NCBI GenBank assembly: GCA_963827275.1
Contig: CAWHAA010000008.1
Location: forward strand, 448,001 to 512,000
Reading direction: 5' to 3'
From: an uncultured Spirochaetota bacterium
Lineage (GTDB): Bacteria > Spirochaetota > UBA4802 > UBA5550
Length of the DNA: 64,000 nucleotides
The notes beneath the pieces were generated by a model. That model worked only from the letters and a program-made list of their open reading frames with translations. It had not been told where the DNA came from and ran no database searches. Every line of letters starts with the position of its first letter. Within the stretch, counting starts at the first letter, position 1. Both the position numbers and the translations under genes were made by a program. This document shows positions 17,071 to 27,106 of this stretch, in pieces.

Positions 17071-18909
17071 ATGGATCTATCAGAAAAGACAATAAATGAT
17101 GTGTTCCGCAATCGTGTCACAAAGTACGGGGACCGGCTGGCGATCGAGAAAAAACTCCACGGCGTATGGGAAAGCGCGACATGGAACCAGTACTACGAGC
17201 GGGCCCGCGCGACGGGACTCGGACTGTATTCCCTTGGCATCAGGAAAGGGGAGATGGTCGCGATCCTGTCGGAAAACCGGCTCGAGTGGCTCTACACCGA
17301 TATGGGGAGCCTGGGGATCGGCGCTGTCGTGATACCGGTCTACCCGACCCTTGTTTCAGAGGAAGTCGAGTACCTCATCAACAACTCCGGATCGAAAATC
17401 ATCGTGGTGGAAAATAAGGCGCAGCTCAAGAAAGTGCTCGAGGTAGAGAGGAAGTGCCACTCCCTCGAGAAGATCGTCGTCATGGAAGAGAAGGACGCCG
17501 AAGGCCACGAGAAAGTCATGAGCTTCGGGGCCCTGATGGAATTGGGGCGCACAAAGCACGCTGAAGACCCGGCGCTCTTTGAAAAGCTGTCGAAAGAAGT
17601 GACGGTGGACGATCTTGCCACCCTCGTGTACACCTCGGGGACCACCGGGCTCCCCAAAGGGGCCATGATATCGCACGGCAATATATTCTGGGTCGTGCAA
17701 TCGCTCGACGCAATCACGCCGCATTTTGCATCCGACAGCGACTGCACGGTGCCGTTCCTCCCCCTCTCCCATGTCTTCGAACGGATCGCCGGGCATTTCT
17801 ACGGCATGTATTGCGGCATCACCTCTTCCTACGCGGAGAGCATCGATTCACTGCTGGCTGACTTCGAGGAGAAGCGGCCCACCATGATCCTGGCGGTCCC
17901 CCGCGTGTGCGAGAAGGTCTACCAGAAGATCATGGCGCAGGTGCGCGAGCAGTCCCCCTTTAAACAGAAGGTGTTTTTCTGGGGACAGAAGGTCGGCAAC
18001 CGGATCAGCCGCCGCCGCGAAAATCACAAGCGTATTCCCTTCCGGCTCAGGCTGGAATATAAAATAGCCTTCGCCATCATATTCAAAAAGCTCCAGGAAA
18101 AGCTGGGAGGGCGCGTCACCTGGATGACCGCGTCGGGGGCGCCCACCGCCGAGGAGATCATACGGTTTTTCAACGCCGCAGGCATTACCGTCATCTCGGG
18201 CTACGGCATGACCGAGACCACCGCGCCCGTCACCATGCAGTCTCTGGGCGACTACCGGATCGGGACCACGGGGAAGCCGATACCGGGGCAGGATATCAGG
18301 ATCGCCGACGACGGGGAAATCTTGATAAAAGGCGGCAATGTCATCAAGGGCTACTGGAAGCTTCCGGAGGAGACCGCAGACGCGTTCACGCCGGACGGCT
18401 ATTTCATGTCGGGCGATATCGGCATATTCGACGATGAGGGGAACCTCCTGATCACGGACCGCAAGAAGGACCTCATCATAACGTCGGGAGGCAAGAATGT
18501 CGCCCCGCAGAAGATCGAGGGCCTGTTCAAGTCTGACCCGCTCTTCACCCAGTTCATAGTCATCGGTGAAAGGAAAAAATACCTGACTGCGCTGTGCAAT
18601 ATCAACCTTGAGGAGGCGGTGAGGCTCGCCGGCATTGAGGGCGTCCCGTACAAGGAACCGGTTGATCTGCTGGAGAGCGACCGCTTCCTCGAAATCGTGA
18701 AGAAGCACGTCGCGGAGCGCAACACGCATCTGGCCAAGTATGAAACCATAAAGGACTATCGGATCGTCAAGAATGAATTTTCCCAGGAGGGGGGCGAGCT
18801 GACGCCGTCGCTGAAAGTGAAGCGCAAGGTCATCTTGCAGAAATACAAGGACCTTATCGATGAAATGTATGAACGGGAAGATATAGATGATCTGCACATG
18901 ATCAAATAG
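17071..18909 (+). CDS. Long-chain acyl-CoA synthetase
   Basis: YTSGTTGLPKG, FLPLSHVFE, GYGMTET, ITDRKKDLIITSGGKNVAP, ELTPSLKVKR. Confidence 0.93.
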   Translation: MDLSEKTINDVFRNRVTKYGDRLAIEKKLHGVWESATWNQYYERARATGLGLYSLGIRKGEMVAILSENRLEWLYTDMGSLGIGAVVIPVYPTLVSEEVEYLINNSGSKIIVVENKAQLKKVLEVERKCHSLEKIVVMEEKDAEGHEKVMSFGALMELGRTKHAEDPALFEKLSKEVTVDDLATLVYTSGTTGLPKGAMISHGNIFWVVQSLDAITPHFASDSDCTVPFLPLSHVFERIAGHFYGMYCGITSSYAESIDSLLADFEEKRPTMILAVPRVCEKVYQKIMAQVREQSPFKQKVFFWGQKVGNRISRRRENHKRIPFRLRLEYKIAFAIIFKKLQEKLGGRVTWMTASGAPTAEEIIRFFNAAGITVISGYGMTETTAPVTMQSLGDYRIGTTGKPIPGQDIRIADDGEILIKGGNVIKGYWKLPEETADAFTPDGYFMSGDIGIFDDEGNLLITDRKKDLIITSGGKNVAPQKIEGLFKSDPLFTQFIVIGERKKYLTALCNINLEEAVRLAGIEGVPYKEPVDLLESDRFLEIVKKHVAERNTHLAKYETIKDYRIVKNEFSQEGGELTPSLKVKRKVILQKYKDLIDEMYEREDIDDLHMIK

Positions 18910-18973
18910 TCATGGCGCATGAGTTATCTGTACCGGCGCACAATGATATCCGTAGTGAGAAAGGAGACAGGTC

Positions 18974-19969
18974 ATGAACAATGCGGTTGAGCTGAAACAG
19001 GGCCAGAACCAGCTGTTTGCGGACCCCGATGCCGATAAGGCGAGGGAATTCTTCAGGCACAAGTCCCGCGCCATGGTGAGCAAGGTCACCACGGCGGAAG
19101 AGGCCGTCAGGTCGCTTCTGAAAGACGGGGACTATCTGGCCATTGGCGGCTTCGGGGCCAACAGGATCCCCACCGCGATACTGCACGAGATCGTACGCCA
19201 GGGAAGGAAGAACCTGGCCTTCGCCGGCCATACCGCGACCCACGACATGCAGATCCTGGTCGGCGGAGACTGCATCGACCGGCTGGACATCGCCTATATC
19301 ATAGGGCTGGAGGCGCGGGGCCTTTCGCCAAACTCGCGTCGTGCCGTTGAGAGCGGAAAGATCAAGCTCACGGAGTGGACCAACGCGACGCTCTCGTGGC
19401 GCATCAAGGCCGCGGCCATGGGGCTTTCATTCATCCCGGCGCGGAACATCATGGGGACCGATACCTTCAAGTACAGCGCCGGGAAGGAGATCATCTGCCC
19501 CTTTACGGGCCAGAAATACGTCGCGCATCCGGCGCTCTATCCGGATTTCGCGGCCATCCATGTCCATGAGTGCGACATCTACGGCAATGCCCACGTGTAC
19601 GGGTCGTCCGTATCCGACCAGGACCTGGCCAGGGCGTCAAAGCGGGTCGTGCTCACCACGGAGCGGATCATCCCCAACGAAGAGATCAGGCGCCAGCCGC
19701 ACGCGACGTTCATCCCCTTCTGGTGCGTCGACGCGGTGGTGGAGGTCCCCTACGGGAGCTACCCGGGGAACATGCCGTACGAGTATTTTTCCGACGAGGA
19801 GCACATCCGGCAGTGGCTGAGCATCGAGAAGGACCCGGAGGAATTCAGGAAGTTTTTCAAGAAACAGATCCTTGACACGAAGAATTTCAATGAATATCTG
19901 GAGCTGAACGGCGGCATTGAAAAGATGCTGAAGCTGCGCTCCATCGAGCTTCTGACGAACAAGAGATAA
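18974..19969 (+). CDS. Family I CoA transferase alpha subunit, glutaconate CoA-transferase GctA-like
   Basis: DGDYLAIGGFG, AAAMGLSFIP, CPFTG, HVHECDIYGN, VVEVPYGSYP. Confidence 0.88.
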   Translation: MNNAVELKQGQNQLFADPDADKAREFFRHKSRAMVSKVTTAEEAVRSLLKDGDYLAIGGFGANRIPTAILHEIVRQGRKNLAFAGHTATHDMQILVGGDCIDRLDIAYIIGLEARGLSPNSRRAVESGKIKLTEWTNATLSWRIKAAAMGLSFIPARNIMGTDTFKYSAGKEIICPFTGQKYVAHPALYPDFAAIHVHECDIYGNAHVYGSSVSDQDLARASKRVVLTTERIIPNEEIRRQPHATFIPFWCVDAVVEVPYGSYPGNMPYEYFSDEEHIRQWLSIEKDPEEFRKFFKKQILDTKNFNEYLELNGGIEKMLKLRSIELLTNKR

Positions 19970-19980
19970 GGAGAACTGAG

Positions 19981-20751
19981 ATGGCGGACTATAACCCTAT
20001 GGAATTGATGATATGCGTCGCGGCGCGCAACCTCGAGGACGGCGCCACCGTCGTCGTCGGCACCGGCGCGCCCTGCGCCGCCGCGATGCTGGCGCAGAAG
20101 ACGCACTCGCCGAACCTCTGCATCATGTTCGAGGCGGGCGGCGTCGCGCCGATACTGCCGTCCATGCCGATATCGGTGGGCGATTCGCGCACTTTTCACC
20201 GGGCGATCCTGGCCAGCTCCATGCCCGACATCATGGAGACCTGCCAGCGCGGGATGGTCGACTACACGTTCCTCGGCGGGGCGCAGATCGACATGTACGG
20301 GAACATCAACTCGACCATGATCGGGGATGACCACGCGAAGCCGAAGGTGCGCTTTCCCGGGTCGGGCGGGGCCAACGACCTCGCCTCCCTCTGCTGGCGG
20401 ACGATGATGATGACGCCGCAGGACGCGAAGCGCTTCACCGAAAAGATCAATTTCATCACGTCGCCCGGCTACCTGACCGGCGGCAACTCCCGGTACGAGG
20501 CGGGCCTTCCCCGGGGGACCGGCCCCTACCGGATCATCACCAACATGGCGATCATGGGCTTCGAGGAACAATCGAAGCGGATGAAGGTCCTCAGCGTCAA
20601 CCCCGGCTACAGCCGGAAGGACATCCAGGACAATTGCGGGTTCGAGCTCCTCTGGGCGGACAAGATCACCGAGACCGCCCACCCCGACGCGGATGAGCTG
20701 CGCATACTCCGTGAAGATGTCGATCCGAACAGGTATATTATAGGAAGATAG
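19981..20751 (+). CDS. Family I CoA transferase beta subunit, GctB-like, catalytic Glu retained
   Basis: VVGTGAP, IMFEAG, FLGGAQIDMYGNINST, PGSGGAND, FITSPGY. Confidence 0.88.
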   Translation: MADYNPMELMICVAARNLEDGATVVVGTGAPCAAAMLAQKTHSPNLCIMFEAGGVAPILPSMPISVGDSRTFHRAILASSMPDIMETCQRGMVDYTFLGGAQIDMYGNINSTMIGDDHAKPKVRFPGSGGANDLASLCWRTMMMTPQDAKRFTEKINFITSPGYLTGGNSRYEAGLPRGTGPYRIITNMAIMGFEEQSKRMKVLSVNPGYSRKDIQDNCGFELLWADKITETAHPDADELRILREDVDPNRYIIGR

Positions 20752-20765
20752 CGAGGAGAAGAGCC

Positions 20766-21233
20766 ATGTCCGATCAATTCAAAGGCATCGAGCCGATGGT
20801 GTACGGCAGCAAGATCAACGTCCCCTATTCGTGGTGGGCGGGCGATACGGCGAGCAGGTTTTTTGTGTCGCTGCGCGATGAAAAGAAGATAACCGGGACG
20901 AAGTGCGGCGCGTGCGGCAGGGTGTTTATCCCGCCCCGGAAGGTCTGCCCGGCGTGCTTCACCGAGAACGCGGAGTGGGTGGACGTGTCCGGCGAGGGCA
21001 CGGTCGTGAGTTTTTCGGTGGCCCGGCGGCAGTTTGCCGCCATCCCTCACGACAAAAAAGCACCTGTCATATGGGGGCTGATCAGGCTCGACGGGGCCGA
21101 CACCGCCCTGCTGCACTACCTCGGCGACGTGAAGCCGGAAGACGTATCCATCGGCATGCGCGTGCAGGCGGTGTTCGCGGAAACGAGGAAGGGCACCATA
21201 CGCGACATCTCGCATTTTAAACCGGTGAAGTAA
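20766..21233 (+). CDS. DUF35 Zn-ribbon/OB-fold protein
   Basis: CGAC...PPRKVCPAC, LIRLDGADT, IGMRVQAVF. Confidence 0.9.
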   Translation: MSDQFKGIEPMVYGSKINVPYSWWAGDTASRFFVSLRDEKKITGTKCGACGRVFIPPRKVCPACFTENAEWVDVSGEGTVVSFSVARRQFAAIPHDKKAPVIWGLIRLDGADTALLHYLGDVKPEDVSIGMRVQAVFAETRKGTIRDISHFKPVK

Positions 21234-21246
21234 GGAAGGAGCAGAT

Positions 21247-22392
21247 ATGGACAGAGCGGCGATAATCGGCGTCGGCATGACAAGCATTGAAAAGAGAAAG
21301 GTCCGGGAGACCTTCGCGGACATGGCCTGGCAGGCGGTGAACAGGGCCCTGGACGACGCGGGGATGACCATCGACGATATTGACAACGTGGTGACCACCT
21401 CCAGCGACTTCTGGGACGGCAGGACGATCTCCTGCATGGCCGTCGGCGACGCCAGCGGCGCGGCGCACAAGAACGTCTCCTGCGTCGAGGGGGACGGCAC
21501 CTATGGGGCGTTTTACGGCATGACCAGGAGCCTTTCCGGATCGTACCGGACCACCCTGGTGACCGGGCATTCGAAAGGCTCCGAGAGCATTTCGAGCCTC
21601 ATCACGAATTCGGCCTTTGACCCGATATACGAGCGGGGGCTGGGCATGGACATGGTCACCGCGTGCGCGATGCAGGCGCGCTCCTACATGCACCGGACGA
21701 AAACGACGCCGGAGCAGATGGCGATGGTGTCGGTGAAGAACCACGGCAACGCGCTGAAGAACCCGCTGGCGCAGCTTCCGATGAAGATCACGGTGGATGA
21801 CGTGCTGAAATCAGAGATGGTGGCGGACCCGCTCCGCAAACTCGACTGCTCCCCGGTTTCCGACGGGTGCGCGGCGGTCATCATCGCCCACGAATCGGCG
21901 GCGACGGGCTTCAGGCAGAAACCGGTCTGGATCAGGGGCGTCTCGTTCTGCGCGGACAGCTTTTTCTTCGGTGACCGGGACCTGTCCCGCGCCCGGTCGC
22001 TTACCGCGGCGGCGAAGAAGGCCTATGCGATGGCGGGCATCAGGGACCCGAAAAAAGAGATCGATGTTGCGGAAGTGTACGACGCCTTCACCTATCAGGA
22101 ACTGATGTGGCTCGAGGAGATGGGTCTCGCTGATGATGCGACGGCGGGGAAGCTCCTCGAAAAAGGGGAATTTAACATGGACGGCAGGCTCCCGGTGAAC
22201 GCCTCCGGCGGGCGCCTCTCGGGGCACCCTGTCATAGCCGCCGGTCTCTACGGCATGGCCGCGGTCGTGAAGCAGATCAGGGGCGACGCCGGCGGCTACC
22301 AGGTGAAAAAGGCGAAGACGGGTCTTGTCCACGGCGTGAACGGCCTCGGGGGCCAGTCCCACTGCGTGTGGATTCTTGACAAGGACAGGTAG
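21247..22392 (+). CDS. Thiolase-fold protein, Ltp4-like (second copy)
   Basis: TSSDFWDGRTIS, SCVEGDGTYG, SPVSDGCAA, EVYDAF, NASGGRLSGHP. Confidence 0.85.
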   Translation: MDRAAIIGVGMTSIEKRKVRETFADMAWQAVNRALDDAGMTIDDIDNVVTTSSDFWDGRTISCMAVGDASGAAHKNVSCVEGDGTYGAFYGMTRSLSGSYRTTLVTGHSKGSESISSLITNSAFDPIYERGLGMDMVTACAMQARSYMHRTKTTPEQMAMVSVKNHGNALKNPLAQLPMKITVDDVLKSEMVADPLRKLDCSPVSDGCAAVIIAHESAATGFRQKPVWIRGVSFCADSFFFGDRDLSRARSLTAAAKKAYAMAGIRDPKKEIDVAEVYDAFTYQELMWLEEMGLADDATAGKLLEKGEFNMDGRLPVNASGGRLSGHPVIAAGLYGMAAVVKQIRGDAGGYQVKKAKTGLVHGVNGLGGQSHCVWILDKDR

Positions 22393-22403
22393 GAGGAAGA
22401 ACC

Positions 22404-23561
22404 ATGGCGAAACGAGTCGCGATTGTAGGGACCGGGCAGACCTTCCACAAGAGCCACCGCCCGGACGTGAACGGCCAGGAACTCATCAACGAGGCGGTCG
22501 TGCGGGCGCTCAACGACGCGGATTTGAAAATGAAGGACATCGATGCGATAGTTATCGGCAACATGGACCACTTCGAGGGGATCAATTACGTCGACTGCTG
22601 GAGCGTTGACGGCTCCGGCGGGACCATGAAGCCGATCATAAAGCTGACCACCGGCGGCACCACCGGCTGCACCGTCGCCATCGGCGGATACCACCTGGTG
22701 GGCTCCGGCATGTTCGAGAGGGTGCTGGTCATCGGCTGGGAGAAGAACTCTGAATCCGATACCACCGGCGCCATCACCACGGCCTTTGACCCGATATGGG
22801 ACCGGCTGGTGTTCGCCGGGGCGATTTCGGGGCTGGCGGCGGAGGCGCAGGCCTACATGGCCCGCTACGGCGCCTCCGACCGTGACGGCGCGCGCGTCAG
22901 CGTCCGGGACCGAAAGCACGCGATGAACAATCCCCATGCTCAGCTCAGGAAGGAAGTCACCATCGATGAGGTGCTCGCGTCCCCGATGCTGGCGGACCCG
23001 ATACACTTGCTGGACGTGTGCCCCCGCACCGACGGCGCCTGCGCGGTCATCATGGCGAGCGAGGACGTCGCCGAAACGATATGCCCGAAGCCGGACTGGA
23101 TCTGGGCCACGGCGGCGCGCCATTCATACAGCTACCTGGGCGACGCGGATTACGGCCGCCTGACGAGCATGCGCGAAGGCTCGCAGGAGCTCTGGAAGAA
23201 GGCGGGGATCAGCGAGCCCCGCAAGGAGCTTGATGTCATCGAAATGTACCAGCCGTACTCCTTCGGCGGGCTGATCTGGATCGAGGACATGGGGATCGTC
23301 GGCCCCGGGGAGGCGCCCCGATACATATGGGACGGGAACACCGACATGGGCGGCGAGCTCCCCATCAACCCGTCGGGCGGCGTCATTGCGACCAACCCGA
23401 TAGGGGCGACCGGCCTCATCCGCTGCGCGGAAGCGGCGATGCAGGTGATGGGCAGGGCCGGGGGACGGCAGGTGCCGGACGTGAATTTCGCCTTCAGCAG
23501 CGGCTTCGGCGGTTGCTGGTGGACCGATATGATCCTGCACGGGAAGAAGAAGCCTAAGTGA
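22404..23561 (+). CDS. Thiolase-fold protein, Ltp3-like (second copy)
   Basis: AIVGTGQT, DHFEG, KLTTGGTTG, GWEKNSES, EMYQPYS, NPSGGVIATNPIGA. Confidence 0.85.
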   Translation: MAKRVAIVGTGQTFHKSHRPDVNGQELINEAVVRALNDADLKMKDIDAIVIGNMDHFEGINYVDCWSVDGSGGTMKPIIKLTTGGTTGCTVAIGGYHLVGSGMFERVLVIGWEKNSESDTTGAITTAFDPIWDRLVFAGAISGLAAEAQAYMARYGASDRDGARVSVRDRKHAMNNPHAQLRKEVTIDEVLASPMLADPIHLLDVCPRTDGACAVIMASEDVAETICPKPDWIWATAARHSYSYLGDADYGRLTSMREGSQELWKKAGISEPRKELDVIEMYQPYSFGGLIWIEDMGIVGPGEAPRYIWDGNTDMGGELPINPSGGVIATNPIGATGLIRCAEAAMQVMGRAGGRQVPDVNFAFSSGFGGCWWTDMILHGKKKPK

Positions 23562-23573
23562 TAGATGCCGAGT

Positions 23574-23658
23574 TCCCCTCCCTTGATGGGAGGGAATAGG
23601 GGAGGGTGATAATCCATAGTACACCCCCACCCGGCCTCCCCCATCGAGGGGGAGGGGA
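23574..23658. repeat. REP/RIME/CIR-like composite intergenic inverted repeat
   Basis: TCCCCTCCCTTGATGGGAGGG...GGAGGGTG, a short spacer, then the inverted imperfect copy CACCCCCACCCGGCCTCCCCCATCGAGGGGGAGGGGA; each arm is itself a hairpin. Confidence 0.75.
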
Positions 23659-23676
23659 TACATAGGAGGAGTTTCC

Positions 23677-24141
23677 ATGGCAGATAACGAGCATATCATC
23701 ATAGAATCAGGCGATGCGGTCCAGCCCTTCGAGTATTCCGTCGGGATGCACGGGAGCAGGTTTTTCACCGAGATCCGGGACAACAGGCGCTTCATGGGGC
23801 TCAGGTGCCCCAGGTGCAAAAAAGTATATATCCCGCCGCGCGGCGTGTGCGGCCACTGTTTCGCCGAGATGGACGAATGGGTCGAGGTGGGGCCGAAAGG
23901 CGTCATCGGCACCTTCACCATCCTCCGCTTCGCTTTCATCGACCCGGAGACGGGCGCGCAGAAGCCGGTGCCCTACGGCTACGGCTTCATAAAGCTTGAC
24001 GGCGCCGATACCCTGTTCCAGCATTACATCAGCGTCGAGGACGAGAAGAAGATCAGGGTCGGCGCCAGGGTTGAGCCGGTATTCGCGAAGAATCCCAGGG
24101 GCAGCATACGTGACATCGAGTATTTTAAAGTGATAGATTGA
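23677..24141 (+). CDS. DUF35 Zn-ribbon/OB-fold protein
   Basis: CPRC...PPRGVCGHC, IKLDGADT, VGARVEPVF; AGGAGG RBS. Confidence 0.9.
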   Translation: MADNEHIIIESGDAVQPFEYSVGMHGSRFFTEIRDNRRFMGLRCPRCKKVYIPPRGVCGHCFAEMDEWVEVGPKGVIGTFTILRFAFIDPETGAQKPVPYGYGFIKLDGADTLFQHYISVEDEKKIRVGARVEPVFAKNPRGSIRDIEYFKVID

Positions 24142-24146
24142 CGGTA

Positions 24147-25040
24147 ATGGGAGAGTCACCACACGTGAGGATCAATCCATCGAAACGGATTGTGAAGATG
24201 CCGGGGGCAGTGTGCGGCGGGATCAGCACCGGCTCGGAAAAGATCAGGAGCGGCTACGGCAACGGCGATTGCCTGTACGCGGACTTCGGGCACCTGGTCT
24301 TCGCCGTGGCCGACGGATCCGAGCGCTTCCCCTGGGCGTCACGGGACCTTCTGGTCCGGTTATCGGAGCGCCTTGACAGGGACGGCGCGCCCGCTACGGC
24401 GCAGGGCTGGAAGGACCTGGTCAACACCGGGGTCTATGCCGGCCAGAAGTACCAGCATAAGACGACCTTCAGCTGCATCGCCGTCAGGCCCTCGGAGGAG
24501 GGCGTCTCCCTGGTCGTTTCGCACGGCGGCGACAGCGTGGTGACGGTGATCGACAGCGCCACCGGGGCGATATGCCACCAGACCGGCCGCGACATGAATT
24601 TTGCCGGGAGGAGTAAAGAGATCACCGACGTGACTGAATATCATACGGCGGACCGCAACTGCAGGGTGCTTGTGTCAACGGACGGGTTCGACGATGTGTG
24701 GCGCTTCTGTCTGCGGCGGTCGCTCCTGGGCAGCGCGAGCGAGGTTTTTTCACGGTACCCGGTGGACCGCATCTGCGAGGCCATCCTCGGCATACTCGAG
24801 GAGCACCGGGACGGGTTCGAGCACGATGACATCGGGTTTATCGTCATCGATCCGTTCCGCGTGGAGCGGATCCCCGGAACGGCGGTGCTCATCGGCGGGA
24901 CGCGGCCCCACGACGAACAGCGGTTCCGGTTGGAATACGCAGTCGGATCGCATGACGTATGGGTGCCGGCGGGGCAGTGGGGTGATTCAGCCGGGGTGTT
25001 CGCCGGAGCCGGGATTCAGGCGCATGCGCCGGGGCGATGA
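24147..25040 (+). CDS. PP2C/PPM-like phosphatase
   Basis: NGD, VFAVADG, HGGDS, STDGF, HDDI; start uncertain (24138 or 24147). Confidence 0.75.
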   Translation: MGESPHVRINPSKRIVKMPGAVCGGISTGSEKIRSGYGNGDCLYADFGHLVFAVADGSERFPWASRDLLVRLSERLDRDGAPATAQGWKDLVNTGVYAGQKYQHKTTFSCIAVRPSEEGVSLVVSHGGDSVVTVIDSATGAICHQTGRDMNFAGRSKEITDVTEYHTADRNCRVLVSTDGFDDVWRFCLRRSLLGSASEVFSRYPVDRICEAILGILEEHRDGFEHDDIGFIVIDPFRVERIPGTAVLIGGTRPHDEQRFRLEYAVGSHDVWVPAGQWGDSAGVFAGAGIQAHAPGR

Positions 25041-25123
25041 CTGCGCCGCAGGGGGATGTAACATGGGTCGGTTCACAGGGGGGAGGAAGATATATATTAT
25101 TCCAATGGAGTGTTTGGGCAGCC

Positions 25124-25738
25124 ATGAGTGAACGGAACAAGAGCGATATTATCAACCTCAGGCGGAACCAGCTTATCAGGGCGGCGTACAAGGTCGTGGG
25201 GCAAAAGGGGTATTATGATTTCACGATACGCGATATTGCCCGCGAAGCGAACCTGTCGACGGGGCTGGTGCATTATTATTTCAAGAACAAGGAAGACCTG
25301 CTGCTGAACCTGCTGAAGGAGATAAACAGGAACATGCTGGTCATCCTCAACCGTTCCATCGGCACGGCCGAAGACCCGCGGGAGAAGCTGGCTATCTTCA
25401 TGAAGCAGGCCTTTGACCTGGTTGAGAATGAGAAGGATTATTTCTACATCGTTATCGATTTCTGGACGCAGGTGAATAAAAACGACCGCATGAAGCGCGC
25501 GAACATCAAGCTCTTCAAGAGCTACCGCGACGAGATCGCAAAGATCCTGAAAGAGGGCATTGACCGGGGCGTGTTTGTGAAGATGGACGTCAATTATACG
25601 TCCGCGGTCATCATCTCCATCATACAGGGATTGATCATACAGTTTGTCATTGATAATAACGCGTTTGACTACAAGGAGTTCTCAAAGCGGGTGATGAAGC
25701 ATGTCAATGACCTGGTGCACAAGAAGAAGCAGGGGTAA
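25124..25738 (+). CDS. TetR-family regulator, BetI-like
   Basis: RRNQLIRAA...TIRDIAREANLSTGLVHYYFKNKEDLL; start moved to ATG 25124. Confidence 0.92.
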   Translation: MSERNKSDIINLRRNQLIRAAYKVVGQKGYYDFTIRDIAREANLSTGLVHYYFKNKEDLLLNLLKEINRNMLVILNRSIGTAEDPREKLAIFMKQAFDLVENEKDYFYIVIDFWTQVNKNDRMKRANIKLFKSYRDEIAKILKEGIDRGVFVKMDVNYTSAVIISIIQGLIIQFVIDNNAFDYKEFSKRVMKHVNDLVHKKKQG

Positions 25739-25752
25739 AGAAGAGTAACGGC

Positions 25753-25776
25753 GCCGCCCCGGCAAGCCGGGGCGGC
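25753..25776 (+). terminator. GC-rich hairpin after tetR, no U-tract
   Basis: GCCGCCCCGGC-AA-GCCGGGGCGGC. Confidence 0.4.
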
Positions 25777-25794
25777 TGCTGCCGCGTTCGATAA

Positions 25795-25814
25795 TTGGTT
25801 GAACGATCAACCGA
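25795..25814 (+). promoter_or_regulatory. Predicted TetR operator 3, next to a -10-like GATAAT
   Basis: TTGGTTGAACGATCAACCGA, palindromic core GGTTGA-N4-TCAACC. Confidence 0.6.
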
Positions 25815-25905
25815 AATTCGATACGCGGTGCAGGCGTCATCCCGGCGGATGACAGAGAGAGGGAGAAATCCCGGGCAAATCAAGCTATCGTCACAGGAGG
25901 ACACA

Positions 25906-27057
25906 ATGGAGTTCGGATTCACTGAAGAACAATTGATGTTTCGAGACACCGTGTACCGGTTCGCCAGGAAAGAGATCGTGCCGCTTGTCGAGCAGGCTGA
26001 CCTCAAGTCCGAGTTCTCGAAAGAGATATGGGGAAAGCTGGGGGGCATGGGCCTGCTGGGCCTGCCGTTCCCCGAGGAGCTGGGCGGCTCGGGCGCGAAC
26101 GTTGTCACCTGCTGCCTGTCGGGCGAGGCCCTCGGCCATGCCGGCGTCGACCAGGGGCACCTGCTGGCGCTGGGCGCGCACACCTACCTCTGCACCGACA
26201 CCCTCTACAAGAACGGAAACGACGCGCAGAAGAAGAAATATATACCGAAGCTCGCCAGCGGCGAATGGATCGGCTGCATGGGCCTTACCGAGCCGGGCTC
26301 GGGATCGGACGCGGGGTCGCTGCAGACGTCCGCCGTCAAGAAGGGCGACCGGTGGGTGCTCAACGGGTCAAAGACCTTCATCACCAACGCGCCGGTCTGC
26401 GACGTGTGCGTGGTCTACGCGACCATCGACAAGAAGCTGAAGCAGGGGGGCATTACCGCCTTTATCGTGGAGAAGGGCTTCACGGGATTTTCCACCGGCG
26501 CGCCCTTCCACAAGATGGGGGTGCGGGCGTCCACCACTTCAGAGGTGTTCCTGGACAACTGCGAGGTACCGGAGGAGAACCTCCTCGGCGAGGTGGGCAA
26601 GGGGATGGGATACGCGCACGAGACCCTCTCCTGGGACCGGAGCGCCCTGCTTTCGCCCTTCGTGGGCGGCATGCAGTTTGCCATCGAGGAGTGCGCGAAA
26701 TACGCGCAGGAGCGCGTGCAGTTTGAAAAGCCGATCAGCTCGTTCCAGGCGATCCAGCACAAGCTGGCCGACCTGAAGATAGTAAAAGAGGCGGCGAAGA
26801 TGGTGGTGTACCGCGTCGCGCATGACAAGGACACGGGCAAGCCCCTTAACCACATGCACACCTCCATAGCGAAAGCGGTGGTGGGCGACTGGGGCCTGAA
26901 GGCCGCCAGCGAGGCGGTCCAGATCTTCGGCGGGTACGGCTACATACACGATTATCCGATCGAGCGGTTCCTCAGGGACGCCAAGCTCGGGCAGATCGGC
27001 GGCGGGACTTCCGAGATTCAGCGGTTTATCATATCCCGGATACTGAGCATGTTTTAG
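25906..27057 (+). CDS. Acyl-CoA dehydrogenase with atypical catalytic base
   Basis: [56 protein letters not shown] before ATG 25906. Confidence 0.93.
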   Translation: MEFGFTEEQLMFRDTVYRFARKEIVPLVEQADLKSEFSKEIWGKLGGMGLLGLPFPEELGGSGANVVTCCLSGEALGHAGVDQGHLLALGAHTYLCTDTLYKNGNDAQKKKYIPKLASGEWIGCMGLTEPGSGSDAGSLQTSAVKKGDRWVLNGSKTFITNAPVCDVCVVYATIDKKLKQGGITAFIVEKGFTGFSTGAPFHKMGVRASTTSEVFLDNCEVPEENLLGEVGKGMGYAHETLSWDRSALLSPFVGGMQFAIEECAKYAQERVQFEKPISSFQAIQHKLADLKIVKEAAKMVVYRVAHDKDTGKPLNHMHTSIAKAVVGDWGLKAASEAVQIFGGYGYIHDYPIERFLRDAKLGQIGGGTSEIQRFIISRILSMF

Positions 27058-27106
27058 GAAGCGGCCCGATTACACGACACGATATCTCGGAAAGGAGAAG
27101 ATAACA

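Noticed and set aside
18974..20751. IpdAB ring hydrolase or AibAB decarboxylase
   Set aside because: The beta subunit keeps the Glu at the GctB catalytic position (IMFEAG), favouring a true CoA transferase
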